Origin: Candidatus Woesearchaeota archaeon
GTDB taxonomy: Archaea; Nanobdellota; Nanobdellia; Woesearchaeales; GW2011-AR9
Assembly (NCBI GenBank): GCA_018664115.1
Contig: JABJOX010000004.1
Coordinates: 10,089 to 74,088, forward strand
Direction of reading: 5' to 3'
Length of the DNA stretch: 64,000 nt
Made by a program: the position numbers and the translations under genes. Position 1 is the stretch's first letter; every line of letters starts with the position of its first letter. Positions 1 to 9,670 of the stretch are shown piece by piece. Under the pieces are notes generated by a model. The model had not been told where the DNA came from. It saw only the letters and a list, made by a program, of their open reading frames with translations, and made no database searches.

Positions 1-1181
1 ATGGATTCGCTCCGTTAGAAACACCAATCATAGAACGTTACGAAACTTTGGCCGCAAAATTTGCTGCTGGAGAAAGTTCAGATATCATGAAAGAAACATT
101 TACCTTAACTGATCAAGGAAAAAGAAATCTGGGGTTACGATTTGATTTAACTGTTCCTTTAGCCAGATTTATCGCGATGAATCCAACTTTAAAAATGCCT
201 TTCAAACGTTTTGAGATGGGCGTTGTTTTCAGAGACGGACCAATTAAAGCTGGCAGAGTAAGACAGTTCTGGCAATGTGATGTTGATACAATAGGATCAA
301 AATCTATGTTAGCCGATGCAGAAATTCTTGCCGCTATTGATACCGGTTTTAACAAACTAAAATTAGACACAGTCATTAAAGTCAATAACAGAAAGTTACT
401 AAACGGAATTTTAGAACAAGCAAAAATTGAAGATAAAGAAACTGCGATAACTTCCATTGATAAGTTAGCTAAGATTGGAGTGAAAGGAGTTACAGATGAA
501 CTTCTTCAGAAAGGTTTCCAAAAGAAACAAATCACTGCAATTTTCAAATTAATTCAAGAAAACATTTCTTTAGCGAAACTAAAAAAACAAATCAAGACTG
601 AAGAAGGTCAAGAAGGAATTAAAGAATTGGAAGAATTATTTACTTACTTGAGAAACATGGGCATTAAATCAGTTAAGTTTGACGTTTCTCTGGCCAGAGG
701 TTTAGCTTACTATACCGGAACAATCTTTGAAGCGTTCATGAAAAAAGGTAAAATCACTTCTTCGTTAGCTGCTGGTGGAAGATGGGATAAAATGATTGGC
801 GACTTTATGGGTGGTAATAGAATTGTTCCTGCTGTTGGCGGTTCGTTCGGAATTGTTCCTATCATTGAATCGATTAAAGAGAAAGAACAGTTAACCAAAA
901 AAACTCTTGCTCAAGTTTTAGTAATCCCCATTAATACGCAAAAAGAATCTTTACAAATTGTTGAACAGTTGAGAAAAGAAAATATTAATGCTAGTTTAGA
1001 TCTTAACGGCAGAGGAATGAGTAAGAATTTACAATATGCCAACGCTTTAGGTATTCCATATGCTATTATCATCGGTAGCGATGAACTAAAGAAAAATAAA
1101 GTTCTTTTAAGAGATATGGTTACTGGGGACCAGAAATTGCTTGCTTTGAAAAGTGTGGTTACAAAACTAAAACAACAATGA
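1..1181 (+). CDS. hisS: Histidyl-tRNA synthetase, 5'-truncated at window edge. The reading frame is open from nt 3 (GFAPLETPIIERYETL...); the track start at 48 is internal.
   Basis: Class II aaRS motifs seen in translation: LRFDLTVPLARFIA (motif 2 region), AAGGRWDKMIGDF, GGSFGIVPI (motif 3), anticodon-binding C-terminal domain. The ORF continues upstream to position 3 with no stop. Confidence 0.85.
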   Translation, partial: GFAPLETPIIERYETLAAKFAAGESSDIMKETFTLTDQGKRNLGLRFDLTVPLARFIAMNPTLKMPFKRFEMGVVFRDGPIKAGRVRQFWQCDVDTIGSKSMLADAEILAAIDTGFNKLKLDTVIKVNNRKLLNGILEQAKIEDKETAITSIDKLAKIGVKGVTDELLQKGFQKKQITAIFKLIQENISLAKLKKQIKTEEGQEGIKELEELFTYLRNMGIKSVKFDVSLARGLAYYTGTIFEAFMKKGKITSSLAAGGRWDKMIGDFMGGNRIVPAVGGSFGIVPIIESIKEKEQLTKKTLAQVLVIPINTQKESLQIVEQLRKENINASLDLNGRGMSKNLQYANALGIPYAIIIGSDELKKNKVLLRDMVTGDQKLLALKSVVTKLKQQ

Positions 1182-1360
1182 ATAATCCTCAAAAACTAAA
1201 ATTAACTGGATACTTTATTCTAGCGATCTTAATTGCCAACTTAATTCTTTTTGCTTTAAGATTAATCAACTGGATAACTTTCTGGGGAGTAATTCTTCTC
1301 GGATTCTTGTTTGTTTGGAAAGTATTACCAAAACTAAAACATAAACTCTCCATTAAATAA
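1178..1360 (+). CDS. Small hydrophobic protein (60 aa), hypothetical
   Basis: ORF with two predicted TM-like hydrophobic stretches and a 4-nt overlap with the hisS stop. No recognisable motif. Confidence 0.3.
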   Translation: MNNPQKLKLTGYFILAILIANLILFALRLINWITFWGVILLGFLFVWKVLPKLKHKLSIK

Positions 1361-1393
1361 ATACTTATAAGTAATTCATTTTTCACTTTAAAT

Positions 1394-1639
1394 ATGCCTA
1401 AACAAATAGCTTTACTGTACAGGGACCTGTTAAAAGATTATGTTGTTAATGAACGAGGTAATTTAATTTATGAACCTAGAAACTCTGAAATCTTTCCAGA
1501 ACTAAATGAAGCAAGAAATTATATTCTGAAAAATTATGGTGGTAAGAAAACAAGAATTTTGATTGATGATCATTGTTTGGAAGAAGGCGGTTCAGAATTA
1601 GAAAAAAAACTTAAGAAAGCAAAAATTAAGATTGAATAA
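1394..1639 (+). CDS. Hypothetical protein (81 aa)
   Basis: ORF only, lysine-rich C-terminus. Confidence 0.3.
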   Translation: MPKQIALLYRDLLKDYVVNERGNLIYEPRNSEIFPELNEARNYILKNYGGKKTRILIDDHCLEEGGSELEKKLKKAKIKIE

Positions 1640-1641
1640 TC

Positions 1642-2535
1642 TTACTCTTCATACCAAGTAGTCACAACAGGTTTCTCGAAAACAATTACTGTATGTTCTG
1701 CTTGTGAAACCATTCCACGATTTTGATCAAACAAGGGTGGGTGTTCTTCAACACAATTAGCTCTTTTTAACATTCGTAAAGCGAAATTAGTTTTTGCACT
1801 GCCAAACTCTTTTTCTAACCATCTTTTAGCAAAAGGCAAACCATTATTTTTTTTCAATTCAATTAAAACTTTCCTTGAAATCGGATCTCTAACTCCGGAA
1901 TCGTTAGTTAATGTAAAAACTGTTGCTGGTGAACTTTCTTGCACAATCCCTGCTCCAGTAGAAGCGAAAGGTTCAATCGCAATTACATCGCCCTCTTTTA
2001 ACACATTCTCATTACCATTGTCAAAGTTTGGAACTGATGGAGGGACATGAATTTGATATTCGCCTAATCCATGACCAGATAAATTTTTTACTGGTGCAAA
2101 ACCATAATTGGTAATTGTATCATGAATAATTCCTCCTATTTCACCAAGAGTAACTCCCGGCTTAATTATTTTCAAAGCATTATTCAAAGCGTCACGACTC
2201 GCTTTAACTAAATCTGAATGTTCGCCAGATAAATCTACAGTTAAAGCATTATCAGCAATAAAACCATCAAGATGGACACCCACATCCAATTTAATAATCT
2301 GATCAGACAAAACAGTCTCATCATTTAAATCTGAACAGGAATGGGCTGCAAATTCGTTTAATGAAATCTGAGCTGGAAAAGCTGGCTTCCCACCTAATTC
2401 AACAATCTTCTCTTCAACGGCGTCAAGAATTTCAATTACTTTTGCTCCTTTAACGATTAAAGATTTTCCGTAATGTAAAGCTTCTGAGGCAATCTTGCCA
2501 GCATCAATGTACTTTTGTAAAGTTTTCTCATCCAT
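1642..2535 (-). CDS. map: Methionine aminopeptidase, type II (archaeal/eukaryotic type)
   Basis: About 297 aa, with the pita-bread metalloprotease pattern typical of archaeal MetAP2 (N-terminal MDEKTLQKYIDAGKIASEAL..., internal D/H/E metal ligands). Confidence 0.85.
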   Translation of the reverse strand: MDEKTLQKYIDAGKIASEALHYGKSLIVKGAKVIEILDAVEEKIVELGGKPAFPAQISLNEFAAHSCSDLNDETVLSDQIIKLDVGVHLDGFIADNALTVDLSGEHSDLVKASRDALNNALKIIKPGVTLGEIGGIIHDTITNYGFAPVKNLSGHGLGEYQIHVPPSVPNFDNGNENVLKEGDVIAIEPFASTGAGIVQESSPATVFTLTNDSGVRDPISRKVLIELKKNNGLPFAKRWLEKEFGSAKTNFALRMLKRANCVEEHPPLFDQNRGMVSQAEHTVIVFEKPVVTTWYEE

Positions 2536-2610
2536 TTTTATTGATTAATCTTTATTTGTTTTAAATGTTTTGTCAAAAGCTTTATAACTAACTACTATTC
2601 AGGAAGTAAA

Positions 2611-2976
2611 ATGACTGATCCAAATAAAAATTACCAACTAGAAAACATGGCTAAAAATTGTGAAACTCCAGAGATTTATGATAATCTTAAATCTCATCGT
2701 GGAACCATTGGTTACGAAGCTTTATCTATTGCTTTTGAAGCTTCTCAACAAAGAAATGAATCTTTATTAGGTAAGGCATTAGATTTAGTTCGAGATTATA
2801 CTTCTTTGAATGGAATGACTATGCCTAATAATTTACCTGCTGAATTATATCTAAATTTAACTTTTAATGAGTTTACTAAAAGAAAAAAATCCTCAAAGAA
2901 AAGAAATTTGGAAGATAAATGTTCAACATTAGGGACAGTAAGAAAAAATAATCGTTTCAGATTAAATCATTTTTAA
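2611..2976 (+). CDS. Hypothetical protein (121 aa)
   Basis: ORF diverging from map. A TATA-like ctttataa lies about 25 nt upstream of the ATG, suggesting a leaderless mRNA. Confidence 0.4.
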   Translation: MTDPNKNYQLENMAKNCETPEIYDNLKSHRGTIGYEALSIAFEASQQRNESLLGKALDLVRDYTSLNGMTMPNNLPAELYLNLTFNEFTKRKKSSKKRNLEDKCSTLGTVRKNNRFRLNHF

Positions 2977-2981
2977 TTTTT

Positions 2982-3743
2982 TTAATTAAAAAATTCTTTT
3001 AATTTATTTAACGTATCTTCAGGATTATTAACTGCGATACAATCAACGACTTTGGAAGCAGCAAAATCGTTTCCTCCAGGATGTAATTTATCACCAAAGA
3101 AGATTATCTCTGAATGATCTATTCCTCGATGTTCAGCAAACTTTCTGATACCCCATTCTTTATCAAAACCTTTCTTGGTTATATCTACGGAGGTTGTCCC
3201 ACCAATTTTCATGTGATACTTCTCAGAATCTAAATGCTTTTTCAAAAACTCAATCCATTCTAATCTTATTTTTCCATCAGGATCATAAACTGCTTTCATT
3301 TCACTAGAAGCATGTCTACCAATAGCAGACAAAGTTATTTGTGAATCTCGGTCTTGTACTTGATCTTCTTTAGTAGTCATTGATTGAATGTTATAATTTG
3401 AAATTAGTTTATCAAAAGCATTAATAATCTCTTTCTTCTCATCATCTGAAAGAGAATATTTATAGATTACTTCAACAGAATTATCATTTTTCACAAACGT
3501 ATAATTTGTTCCTGTCGTTCCTAAAATATGATGTTCTTTCTTTAATTTTGAAGAAATCATCCTTTGTAAACTTTCACTTTTTGTTCCACTGATGAAAGCG
3601 AAACTAAAACCAGCATCAACTAATCTAGAAATTTCAAAAGCCATCTCATCAGAAATTAATTGACAACTTTCACAAATAGTATCATCAACATCAGCAATGA
3701 TGACTTTCTTCTCATTAGAATTGATATTTTCTACGATTGGCAT
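2982..3743 (-). CDS. Eukaryotic-type phosphomannomutase (HAD-IIB family)
   Basis: N-terminal DVDDT (a DxDxT HAD motif I variant) and C-terminal FFGDKLHPGGNDF, which matches the PMM signature FFGDKTxxGGNDxE. Confidence 0.7.
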   Translation of the reverse strand: MPIVENINSNEKKVIIADVDDTICESCQLISDEMAFEISRLVDAGFSFAFISGTKSESLQRMISSKLKKEHHILGTTGTNYTFVKNDNSVEVIYKYSLSDDEKKEIINAFDKLISNYNIQSMTTKEDQVQDRDSQITLSAIGRHASSEMKAVYDPDGKIRLEWIEFLKKHLDSEKYHMKIGGTTSVDITKKGFDKEWGIRKFAEHRGIDHSEIIFFGDKLHPGGNDFAASKVVDCIAVNNPEDTLNKLKEFFN

Positions 3744-3745
3744 TT

Positions 3746-4483
3746 TTATAACAATGGCCTATAACTATGATAAGCGTGTTGATATTTATCTAAAGTGTCA
3801 GTAGGAAACCATTGATTTTTATGGATATGTGCAGATATTTCTCCTAACGGTGCAATTTTTTCAAAACAATCTTTTTCCATGGAAGACTTTCCTTCTGGCA
3901 GAATTTTAAGACATTCGGGTTCAATAATAAACCCGCCCGCGTTAATCAAATTGCTTGGCGCTTCTTCCCGTTGAGGTTTTTCAACGAAACTAATAATCTT
4001 ATTTTCTTTCAAAGTAGCTACTCCGAAATTTTCTACATCTTCTCGAGGAGTTAAAGCCATTGTTACTTGCGGTGCATCTCGTAAAAAATCTTTATACATA
4101 GTATTCAAATCAATGTCCATTAAGTTATCTCCCCATAATAAAGCGAATGGTTTTACTAATCCAGCAGCAGCTTGTTTAATTGCTCCTCCAGTTCCAAGTG
4201 GTTCAGTTTCAATGGAATAAGAGATATTTACTCCTAAATGGGATCCATCTTTGAAATGTTCTTTGATGTCTTCTGCTCTGTAACCTACAGAAAGGATAAC
4301 ATTTTTCACACCATACTTTCTTAAATTATCGATGATGTGTTCGATAATTGGTTTGTCTTGAATGGGTAATAATGGTTTAGGTGTTTTATCAGTTAATGGC
4401 CTTAACCTTGTTCCCAGTCCTCCTGCCAGAATAATTGCCGTTTCTATCATTTTATATTTTCCCTCTTTTTGTGTGTTAATCAA
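3746..4483 (-). CDS. Sugar-phosphate nucleotidyltransferase (mannose-1-P guanylyltransferase / glucose-1-P thymidylyltransferase-like). The true start is likely the internal Met of MIETAIILAGG.
   Basis: AIILAGGLGTRLRPLT N-terminal G-x-G-T-R-L motif of the NTP_transferase family. Adjacent to PMM, giving a GDP-mannose supply pair. Confidence 0.8.
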   Translation of the reverse strand: MINTQKEGKYKMIETAIILAGGLGTRLRPLTDKTPKPLLPIQDKPIIEHIIDNLRKYGVKNVILSVGYRAEDIKEHFKDGSHLGVNISYSIETEPLGTGGAIKQAAAGLVKPFALLWGDNLMDIDLNTMYKDFLRDAPQVTMALTPREDVENFGVATLKENKIISFVEKPQREEAPSNLINAGGFIIEPECLKILPEGKSSMEKDCFEKIAPLGEISAHIHKNQWFPTDTLDKYQHAYHSYRPLL

Positions 4484-4534
4484 AATGATTCTTTCTCTTT
4501 TTTAAAGGGTTATGGAATAAGAATCAAGAATTAA

Positions 4535-4553
4535 CAGAAACTTTTATAAATAG
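4535..4553 (+). promoter_or_regulatory. Archaeal-type BRE/TATA box (cagaaa / ttttataaata) about 20-25 nt upstream of the 5S rRNA 5' end
   Basis: Purine-rich BRE-like element followed by an 8-10 nt TATA-like element, spaced appropriately from the 5S start. Confidence 0.4.
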
Positions 4554-4568
4554 CTCCAAGAAATAGCT

Positions 4569-4686
4569 TAATGGACGGCCATAGGGGCGCGGTTCACCTG
4601 TTCCCATTTCGAACACAGAAGTTAAGAGTGCCTCCGTACCGGGGTGTACTGCGTTTTTGCGCGGGAAATCCAGTAAGCTGTCCACT
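4569..4686 (+). rRNA. rrf: 5S ribosomal RNA (about 118 nt), stand-alone
   Basis: Sequence ggacggccataggggcgcggttcacctgttcccatttcgaacacagaagttaagagtgcctccgtaccggggtgtactgcg...gctgtccact. It carries the universal 5S loop motifs (CCCATTTCGAAC...GAAGTTAAG...GTACTG) and 5'/3' end complementarity (helix I). Confidence 0.85.
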
Positions 4687-4693
4687 CTTTTTT
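4687..4693 (+). terminator. Oligo-T tract (T7) immediately after 5S rRNA, an archaeal-type terminator
   Basis: ccactcTTTTTTTaatacc. Archaeal Pol III-like/RNAP termination occurs at T-runs. Confidence 0.35.
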
Positions 4694-4780
4694 TAATACC
4701 TCTCTTGCACAACACTTTTAAACACTTTTTCTTTAGTTTCTATTAATTAAATATATCATAATCAAAATAGGTGATCAAAA

Positions 4781-5521
4781 ATAAAAGCATTAATCTTAGC
4801 TGCAGGGTACGCAACTCGTTTATATCCTTTAACAGAGAATCAAGCAAAGCCTTTGTTAAAAGTGGCAGGAATACCTATTGTTGAACATATTTTAAAAAAA
4901 TTAGAAAAACTTGATACTATTAATGAAATTATTATTGTAACTAATAACAAATTTTATGGTCATTTTATGGTTTGGTTAAACGATTATTCTTGTTCTAAAA
5001 ATGTAAAAGTGATTAATGATGGTACAATTAGTAACGATGACCGTTTAGGCGCTGTAGGTGATATTAATTATATTCTTAAAAATCAAGAAATCAATGATGA
5101 TTTATTGGTAATTGCGGGAGATAATCTTTTCGGATTTGAAATCAACAATTTTCTTAACCATTTCCAGCAAAAAAATAGTTCCCTTGTTGCTTTACATGAT
5201 TTAAAAGATAAAGAAAAAATAAAAAACAAATTTGGTGTTGCTATCTTATGCGACCAATTATCTAAAGTGATTGACTTCGAAGAAAAACCAGCTGAACCAA
5301 AAAGTACTTTAGCAGCAACTGCTTGTTATGTCTTTCACAAAGAAGATTTAAAACATGTTGAAGCTGCAGTTGAAAATGGTAAAGCAGACAATCCTGGTGA
5401 TTTAGTTAAATATTTAGTAAAAGAATCCGAAGTTCATGGATTTGTTTTCGATCATCATTGGTTTGATATTGGTAGCATGGAAGGTTTAAAACAAGCAGAA
5501 GAGGTTTACAGAAAACTATGA
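4781..5521 (+). CDS. Sugar-phosphate nucleotidyltransferase (NTP_transferase family). The conserved N-terminus (KALILAAGYATRLYPLT) lies upstream of the first canonical start (TTG at 4853), so the gene probably starts at ATA 4781 or has a damaged start.
   Basis: In-frame translation from 4775 gives SKIKALILAAGYATRLYPLTENQAKPLLKVAGIPIVEHIL, the classic G-x-G-T-R-L nucleotide-binding N-terminus. No ATG/GTG/TTG occurs between the stop at 4772 and 4853. Confidence 0.7.
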   Translation: MKALILAAGYATRLYPLTENQAKPLLKVAGIPIVEHILKKLEKLDTINEIIIVTNNKFYGHFMVWLNDYSCSKNVKVINDGTISNDDRLGAVGDINYILKNQEINDDLLVIAGDNLFGFEINNFLNHFQQKNSSLVALHDLKDKEKIKNKFGVAILCDQLSKVIDFEEKPAEPKSTLAATACYVFHKEDLKHVEAAVENGKADNPGDLVKYLVKESEVHGFVFDHHWFDIGSMEGLKQAEEVYRKL

Positions 5522-7257
5522 ATTCAGAATCTTACATAATTAGAATTGGTGGAGAAGCAGGTTGGGGAATAGCTTCAGCAGCAGACATTATTGCTAAACT
5601 TTTCATTAAATTAAACTATCATCTTTTTTCAAGTAAAGAATATATGTCTCAAATTAAGAAAGGCCACAATTTCCATACTATTAGAATTTCTAAAAAAAAG
5701 ATTCATGCAGATATTGACAGAATTGATTTGCTTCTTGCTTTAGATCAAACTACATTTGATACTCATTATGATTTAGTTTCAAAAAATGGAATCATTATTC
5801 ATGATGATAAAATTAAAATTGATCCTCAACAATTAAAAAACAAGAATTTAATCCAGATCCCTTTAACCAAGATTGAAGAGAAACTTAAAGAAAAAAATAT
5901 TCATAATGCTGTCTTTTTAGGGGCTTTAGTAAAAGCAATCGGAATTGATTATGCTCTATTGAGAAAAATAATTAAAGAAAGGTTTGTAGGTAAAGAGAAT
6001 CTTGTTAGTAAATTACTTTTAGCAGCAAAAGAAGGTGATGATTCCGTTAATAAAGTTAAAGATTTTCCTCTTCAAGAAGAAAATCAAGAAACAAAAACCA
6101 TTCCGGATTTCTTAGATGGAAATGAAGCCATCTCTCAAGGAGCATTAAAAGCGGGGTTAACATTTCACGTTCAATATCCCATGACTCCGGTATCAGGAAT
6201 TCTTCATTATCTTGCTAAAGAAGCAACAAAAAATAAAAGTCTAACAATTATTCAACCGGAAGATGAGATTGCGGGAATAAATTTTGCTCTTGGTGCATCT
6301 TATGCTGGAGCAAGAACAATGACTGCAACCTCGGGTGGGGGATTTGCTTTAATGGTTGAATCTTTTGGTCTCGCTGGCGTAGCAGAAATCCCTTTAGTTT
6401 TAATTGAAGGGCAACGGCCTGGTCCAGGAACTGGATTGCCTACAAAAACTGAACAAGGTGATTTAAAATTTGTTTTATCTGCAGGAACAGGAGATTTTCC
6501 TAAAATAATAATCGCTCCTGAAACTGTTGAAGGCTGTTACACTGAAACAAAACGTGCATTTTATCTGACAGAGAAATATCAAATTCCTGTAATTGTTTTG
6601 GTTGATAAACATTTAGCAGAAAGTTCTAAAACTTTTAACTTAAATGAAGAAGAAAAGAATTTCACTTTTGATTACGAGCAAAAAATTAATACCATCAATC
6701 AAGTTGACTCTTCTAAACTAAATTCTGACGGACTATTCAAACGTTATGAGAAAGAAGAAACTCAAAGAACAATTCCCGGAACAGAAAATGGAATATACAC
6801 TTGTGCTGGAGATGAACATGATGAAGTGGGAGTGATTACTGAAAATAGAGATATTAGAAATCAAATGATGCAAAGAAGGATGAATAAACTCAATCTTATC
6901 AAAGAAGAACTTCCAGTTCCAACACTTATCGGACCCAATGATGCAGATTTAACAATTGTTTCTTGGGGAAGTAATCACGGAGCAATCATTGAAGCCATGG
7001 AACTCTTAAATTCTGAAGAAAAGAAAGTCAATTTCCTTTCCATAAAATATATGGCCCCTTTCCAAGAGAATGAAATTCAAACAATCTTAGAAAAAGCAAA
7101 AAAATTAATCATTATTGAAAATAATTATTCTGCCCAATTAGCAAATCTTATCAGAGAAAAGACTGGAATCAATATAAAAAACAAAATCTTACGTTCCGAT
7201 GGCAGAACATTTACTGTTGATGATATTTACAATCAAATAAAACAAAACCAAAAATAA
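5518..7257 (+). CDS. korA: 2-oxoacid:ferredoxin oxidoreductase, alpha subunit (gamma-alpha fused, two-subunit archaeal type)
   Basis: 579 aa with an N-terminal gamma-like domain (IIRIGGEAGWGIASAADII) and an alpha catalytic domain. ATGA overlap with the upstream gene and followed directly by the beta subunit. Confidence 0.8.
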   Translation: MNSESYIIRIGGEAGWGIASAADIIAKLFIKLNYHLFSSKEYMSQIKKGHNFHTIRISKKKIHADIDRIDLLLALDQTTFDTHYDLVSKNGIIIHDDKIKIDPQQLKNKNLIQIPLTKIEEKLKEKNIHNAVFLGALVKAIGIDYALLRKIIKERFVGKENLVSKLLLAAKEGDDSVNKVKDFPLQEENQETKTIPDFLDGNEAISQGALKAGLTFHVQYPMTPVSGILHYLAKEATKNKSLTIIQPEDEIAGINFALGASYAGARTMTATSGGGFALMVESFGLAGVAEIPLVLIEGQRPGPGTGLPTKTEQGDLKFVLSAGTGDFPKIIIAPETVEGCYTETKRAFYLTEKYQIPVIVLVDKHLAESSKTFNLNEEEKNFTFDYEQKINTINQVDSSKLNSDGLFKRYEKEETQRTIPGTENGIYTCAGDEHDEVGVITENRDIRNQMMQRRMNKLNLIKEELPVPTLIGPNDADLTIVSWGSNHGAIIEAMELLNSEEKKVNFLSIKYMAPFQENEIQTILEKAKKLIIIENNYSAQLANLIREKTGINIKNKILRSDGRTFTVDDIYNQIKQNQK

Positions 7258-7259
7258 AA

Positions 7260-8015
7260 ATGACAGAATTAAAAACATTCAATCGAACTGAAATCCCTAA
7301 CTGGTGTCCTGGTTGTGGTAACTTTGGCATTATTGCGGGTGTAAAAAAAACACTCGCGGAATTAGACTTTAAACCAGAAAATACTGTGTTAGTTTCCGGA
7401 GTAGGCTGTTTTGCCAAACTTCCTTATTGGGTAAAAGTCAATGGTTTCGTTGGTTTGCATGGCAGATCGCTTCCAGTTGCGCAAGGAATTAAATTAGCAA
7501 ATCAAAATTTAAACGTTATCGCTTTTGGTGGTGATGGTGATGGTTATGGGGAAGGTGGCAATCATTTCACTCACGCTTGTAGAAGAAATATTAATATGGC
7601 TTATTTTGTTCATAATAATGGCGTTTTCGGTTTAACTACGGGGCAATATTCTCCTGCTTCTGAGAAAGGAAGGAAAAGTAAATCCTCTCCATTAGGTTCA
7701 ACAGAAAAACCAGTTAATCCTCTTGCTTTAGCAATCTCTGCTGGGGCAACTTTTGTGGCTCGAACTTATGCTGGAAATTTGAAAGAAATGGTCGAGATCA
7801 TGAAGAAAGCAATTCTTCATGATGGTTTTGCTTTTGTAGATATTATTCAACCTTGTGTCACATTTAATCCACAACACTCATTTGATTATTATAATGATAA
7901 AGTCTATTATCTAGATGATAAACATGATTCAAATAATAAGCTGCAAGCTTTAGAAAAAGCTTTAGAATGGGAACAAGAAGAAAAGTTTGCTTGTGGTATA
8001 TTCTATCAGGAATAA
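7260..8015 (+). CDS. korB: 2-oxoacid:ferredoxin oxidoreductase, beta (TPP-binding) subunit
   Basis: CPGCGNFG...GVGC cysteine cluster and GGDGDGYGEGGNHF TPP-binding motif (GDG-x-GxG-xN). Confidence 0.85.
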   Translation: MTELKTFNRTEIPNWCPGCGNFGIIAGVKKTLAELDFKPENTVLVSGVGCFAKLPYWVKVNGFVGLHGRSLPVAQGIKLANQNLNVIAFGGDGDGYGEGGNHFTHACRRNINMAYFVHNNGVFGLTTGQYSPASEKGRKSKSSPLGSTEKPVNPLALAISAGATFVARTYAGNLKEMVEIMKKAILHDGFAFVDIIQPCVTFNPQHSFDYYNDKVYYLDDKHDSNNKLQALEKALEWEQEEKFACGIFYQE

Positions 8016-8045
8016 ATAGTGATTATAACAATAAGAAAATAAAAA

Positions 8046-9368
8046 ATGAAAATTAGTATTTTTGGAACTGGATACGTTGGACTGGTAACTGGAGCAAGTT
8101 TAGCTAACTTGGGCCACGATGTTTTATGTGTGGATATAGACCAAAAAAAGATTGATTTAATCAATTCTGGAGAAATGCCTTTCTATGAACCCGGATTGAA
8201 AGAATTAGTTTTAAAAAATAAAGAAAACAAAAGAATAACATTTTCAACTGATATAGAAAAAGCAGTTCATTTTGCTGAAGCCATTTTTAATTGTGTGGGT
8301 ACGCCAATGAAAGAAGATGGTTCTGCTGATTTAAGTTATGTTTTTGAAGTAGTTAAGAGTGTAGTAAAATATTCTGATCAATATAAATTATTAATCAATA
8401 AAAGTACTGTTCCCCCTGGGACGGCAAAGAAATGTCAAGAATTAATAACAATCACGAACCCAAACGCAGAAATAGATGTAGCTTCTAATCCTGAATTCTT
8501 AAAACAGGGTAATGCTGTTTATGATTTTAATCACCCCGATAAGATTGTGGTTGGAGCCCAATCAGAAAAAGCATTTCAATTAATGCGTAAAGTGTATCAC
8601 GGTTTAATCAAGACTTATATGCCAATTATTGAAACTAACTGGGAAACTTCTGAAATGATTAAATATGCCAACAATTCTTTTCTAGCAACTAAAATAAGTT
8701 TTATTAATGAAATTGCCAATATCTGTAATAAAGTTGGTGCTGATGTGAAAACAGTTTCTAAAGCCATTGGAAAAGATTATCGGATTAGTCCTAAATTTCT
8801 TAATGCGGGCATTGGTTATGGGGGAAGTTGTTTTCCTAAAGATGTTCAGGCGTTAATTAACACTGCAAAAAGCTACAATTATCAACCCCAATTCTTACAG
8901 CAAGTTGAAGAACTTAATGAGAGACAGAAAACTATTCTTGTTCCTCAAATCATTGATAAACTTAAAGAGATTAATGGCAACCAAGTTACTATTTGGGGAT
9001 TAACTTTCAAACCAAAAACTAGCGATTTACGAGGAGCGACATCATTGAAAATTATTGAGGAATTGATAGATAATGGATTTAAAGTAAATATTTATGATCC
9101 TATTGCGTTAGAAGAAGTAAGAACTATCTTCTCAGACAAAGTTACTTATTCTAATTCTGTAAAAGATTCCGTTGTTAATAGCAATTTAATTGTTCTTGTA
9201 ACCGAATGGGACGAATTTAGAAATGTTGATTTCTCAGAATTAGGAAAATCAATGAAAACCAAAATTCTCTTTGATGGCCGAAATATTTATGAACCAGAGA
9301 CTTTAAAAGAGAACGGATTTGAATATTATGGAGTGGGGAGGAAAAATAAAAATCAAAACTTTATTTAA
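8046..9368 (+). CDS. ugd: UDP-glucose 6-dehydrogenase (nucleotide-sugar dehydrogenase)
   Basis: N-terminal Rossmann FGTGYVGLVTGASLA and catalytic GGSCFPKD motif, 440 aa. Confidence 0.9.
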   Translation: MKISIFGTGYVGLVTGASLANLGHDVLCVDIDQKKIDLINSGEMPFYEPGLKELVLKNKENKRITFSTDIEKAVHFAEAIFNCVGTPMKEDGSADLSYVFEVVKSVVKYSDQYKLLINKSTVPPGTAKKCQELITITNPNAEIDVASNPEFLKQGNAVYDFNHPDKIVVGAQSEKAFQLMRKVYHGLIKTYMPIIETNWETSEMIKYANNSFLATKISFINEIANICNKVGADVKTVSKAIGKDYRISPKFLNAGIGYGGSCFPKDVQALINTAKSYNYQPQFLQQVEELNERQKTILVPQIIDKLKEINGNQVTIWGLTFKPKTSDLRGATSLKIIEELIDNGFKVNIYDPIALEEVRTIFSDKVTYSNSVKDSVVNSNLIVLVTEWDEFRNVDFSELGKSMKTKILFDGRNIYEPETLKENGFEYYGVGRKNKNQNFI

Positions 9369-9670
9369 TATTATTAAAAAAAATGCTAAATCTGTAATTG
9401 GAGTAGATATTGAAAGCTCAGATATAGAAATAATTAATGGAAACGTGAAAACTATTAAATTAAATAAGAAATTTTACATTATTGTGGCAGGAGATCTTAT
9501 TGAACAATTATGTTGTCCCAGACCATTTTTAAATAATATCTGTTTGCATTTAAAAGATAAAAGTTCAATGATTAGTGTTACTCTTAGAAGAAAAAGGAAT
9601 AAGTTTAATTATTTATTTAGACTTATATTTGCAAACCATTTTCTGATAGTGTGTCATAAAAAGAATAGGG

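Noticed and set aside
4524-4715. 63-aa minus-strand ORF in the six-frame track
   Set aside because: It lies antisense across the 5S rRNA gene. The region is explained by the structured RNA, not a protein.
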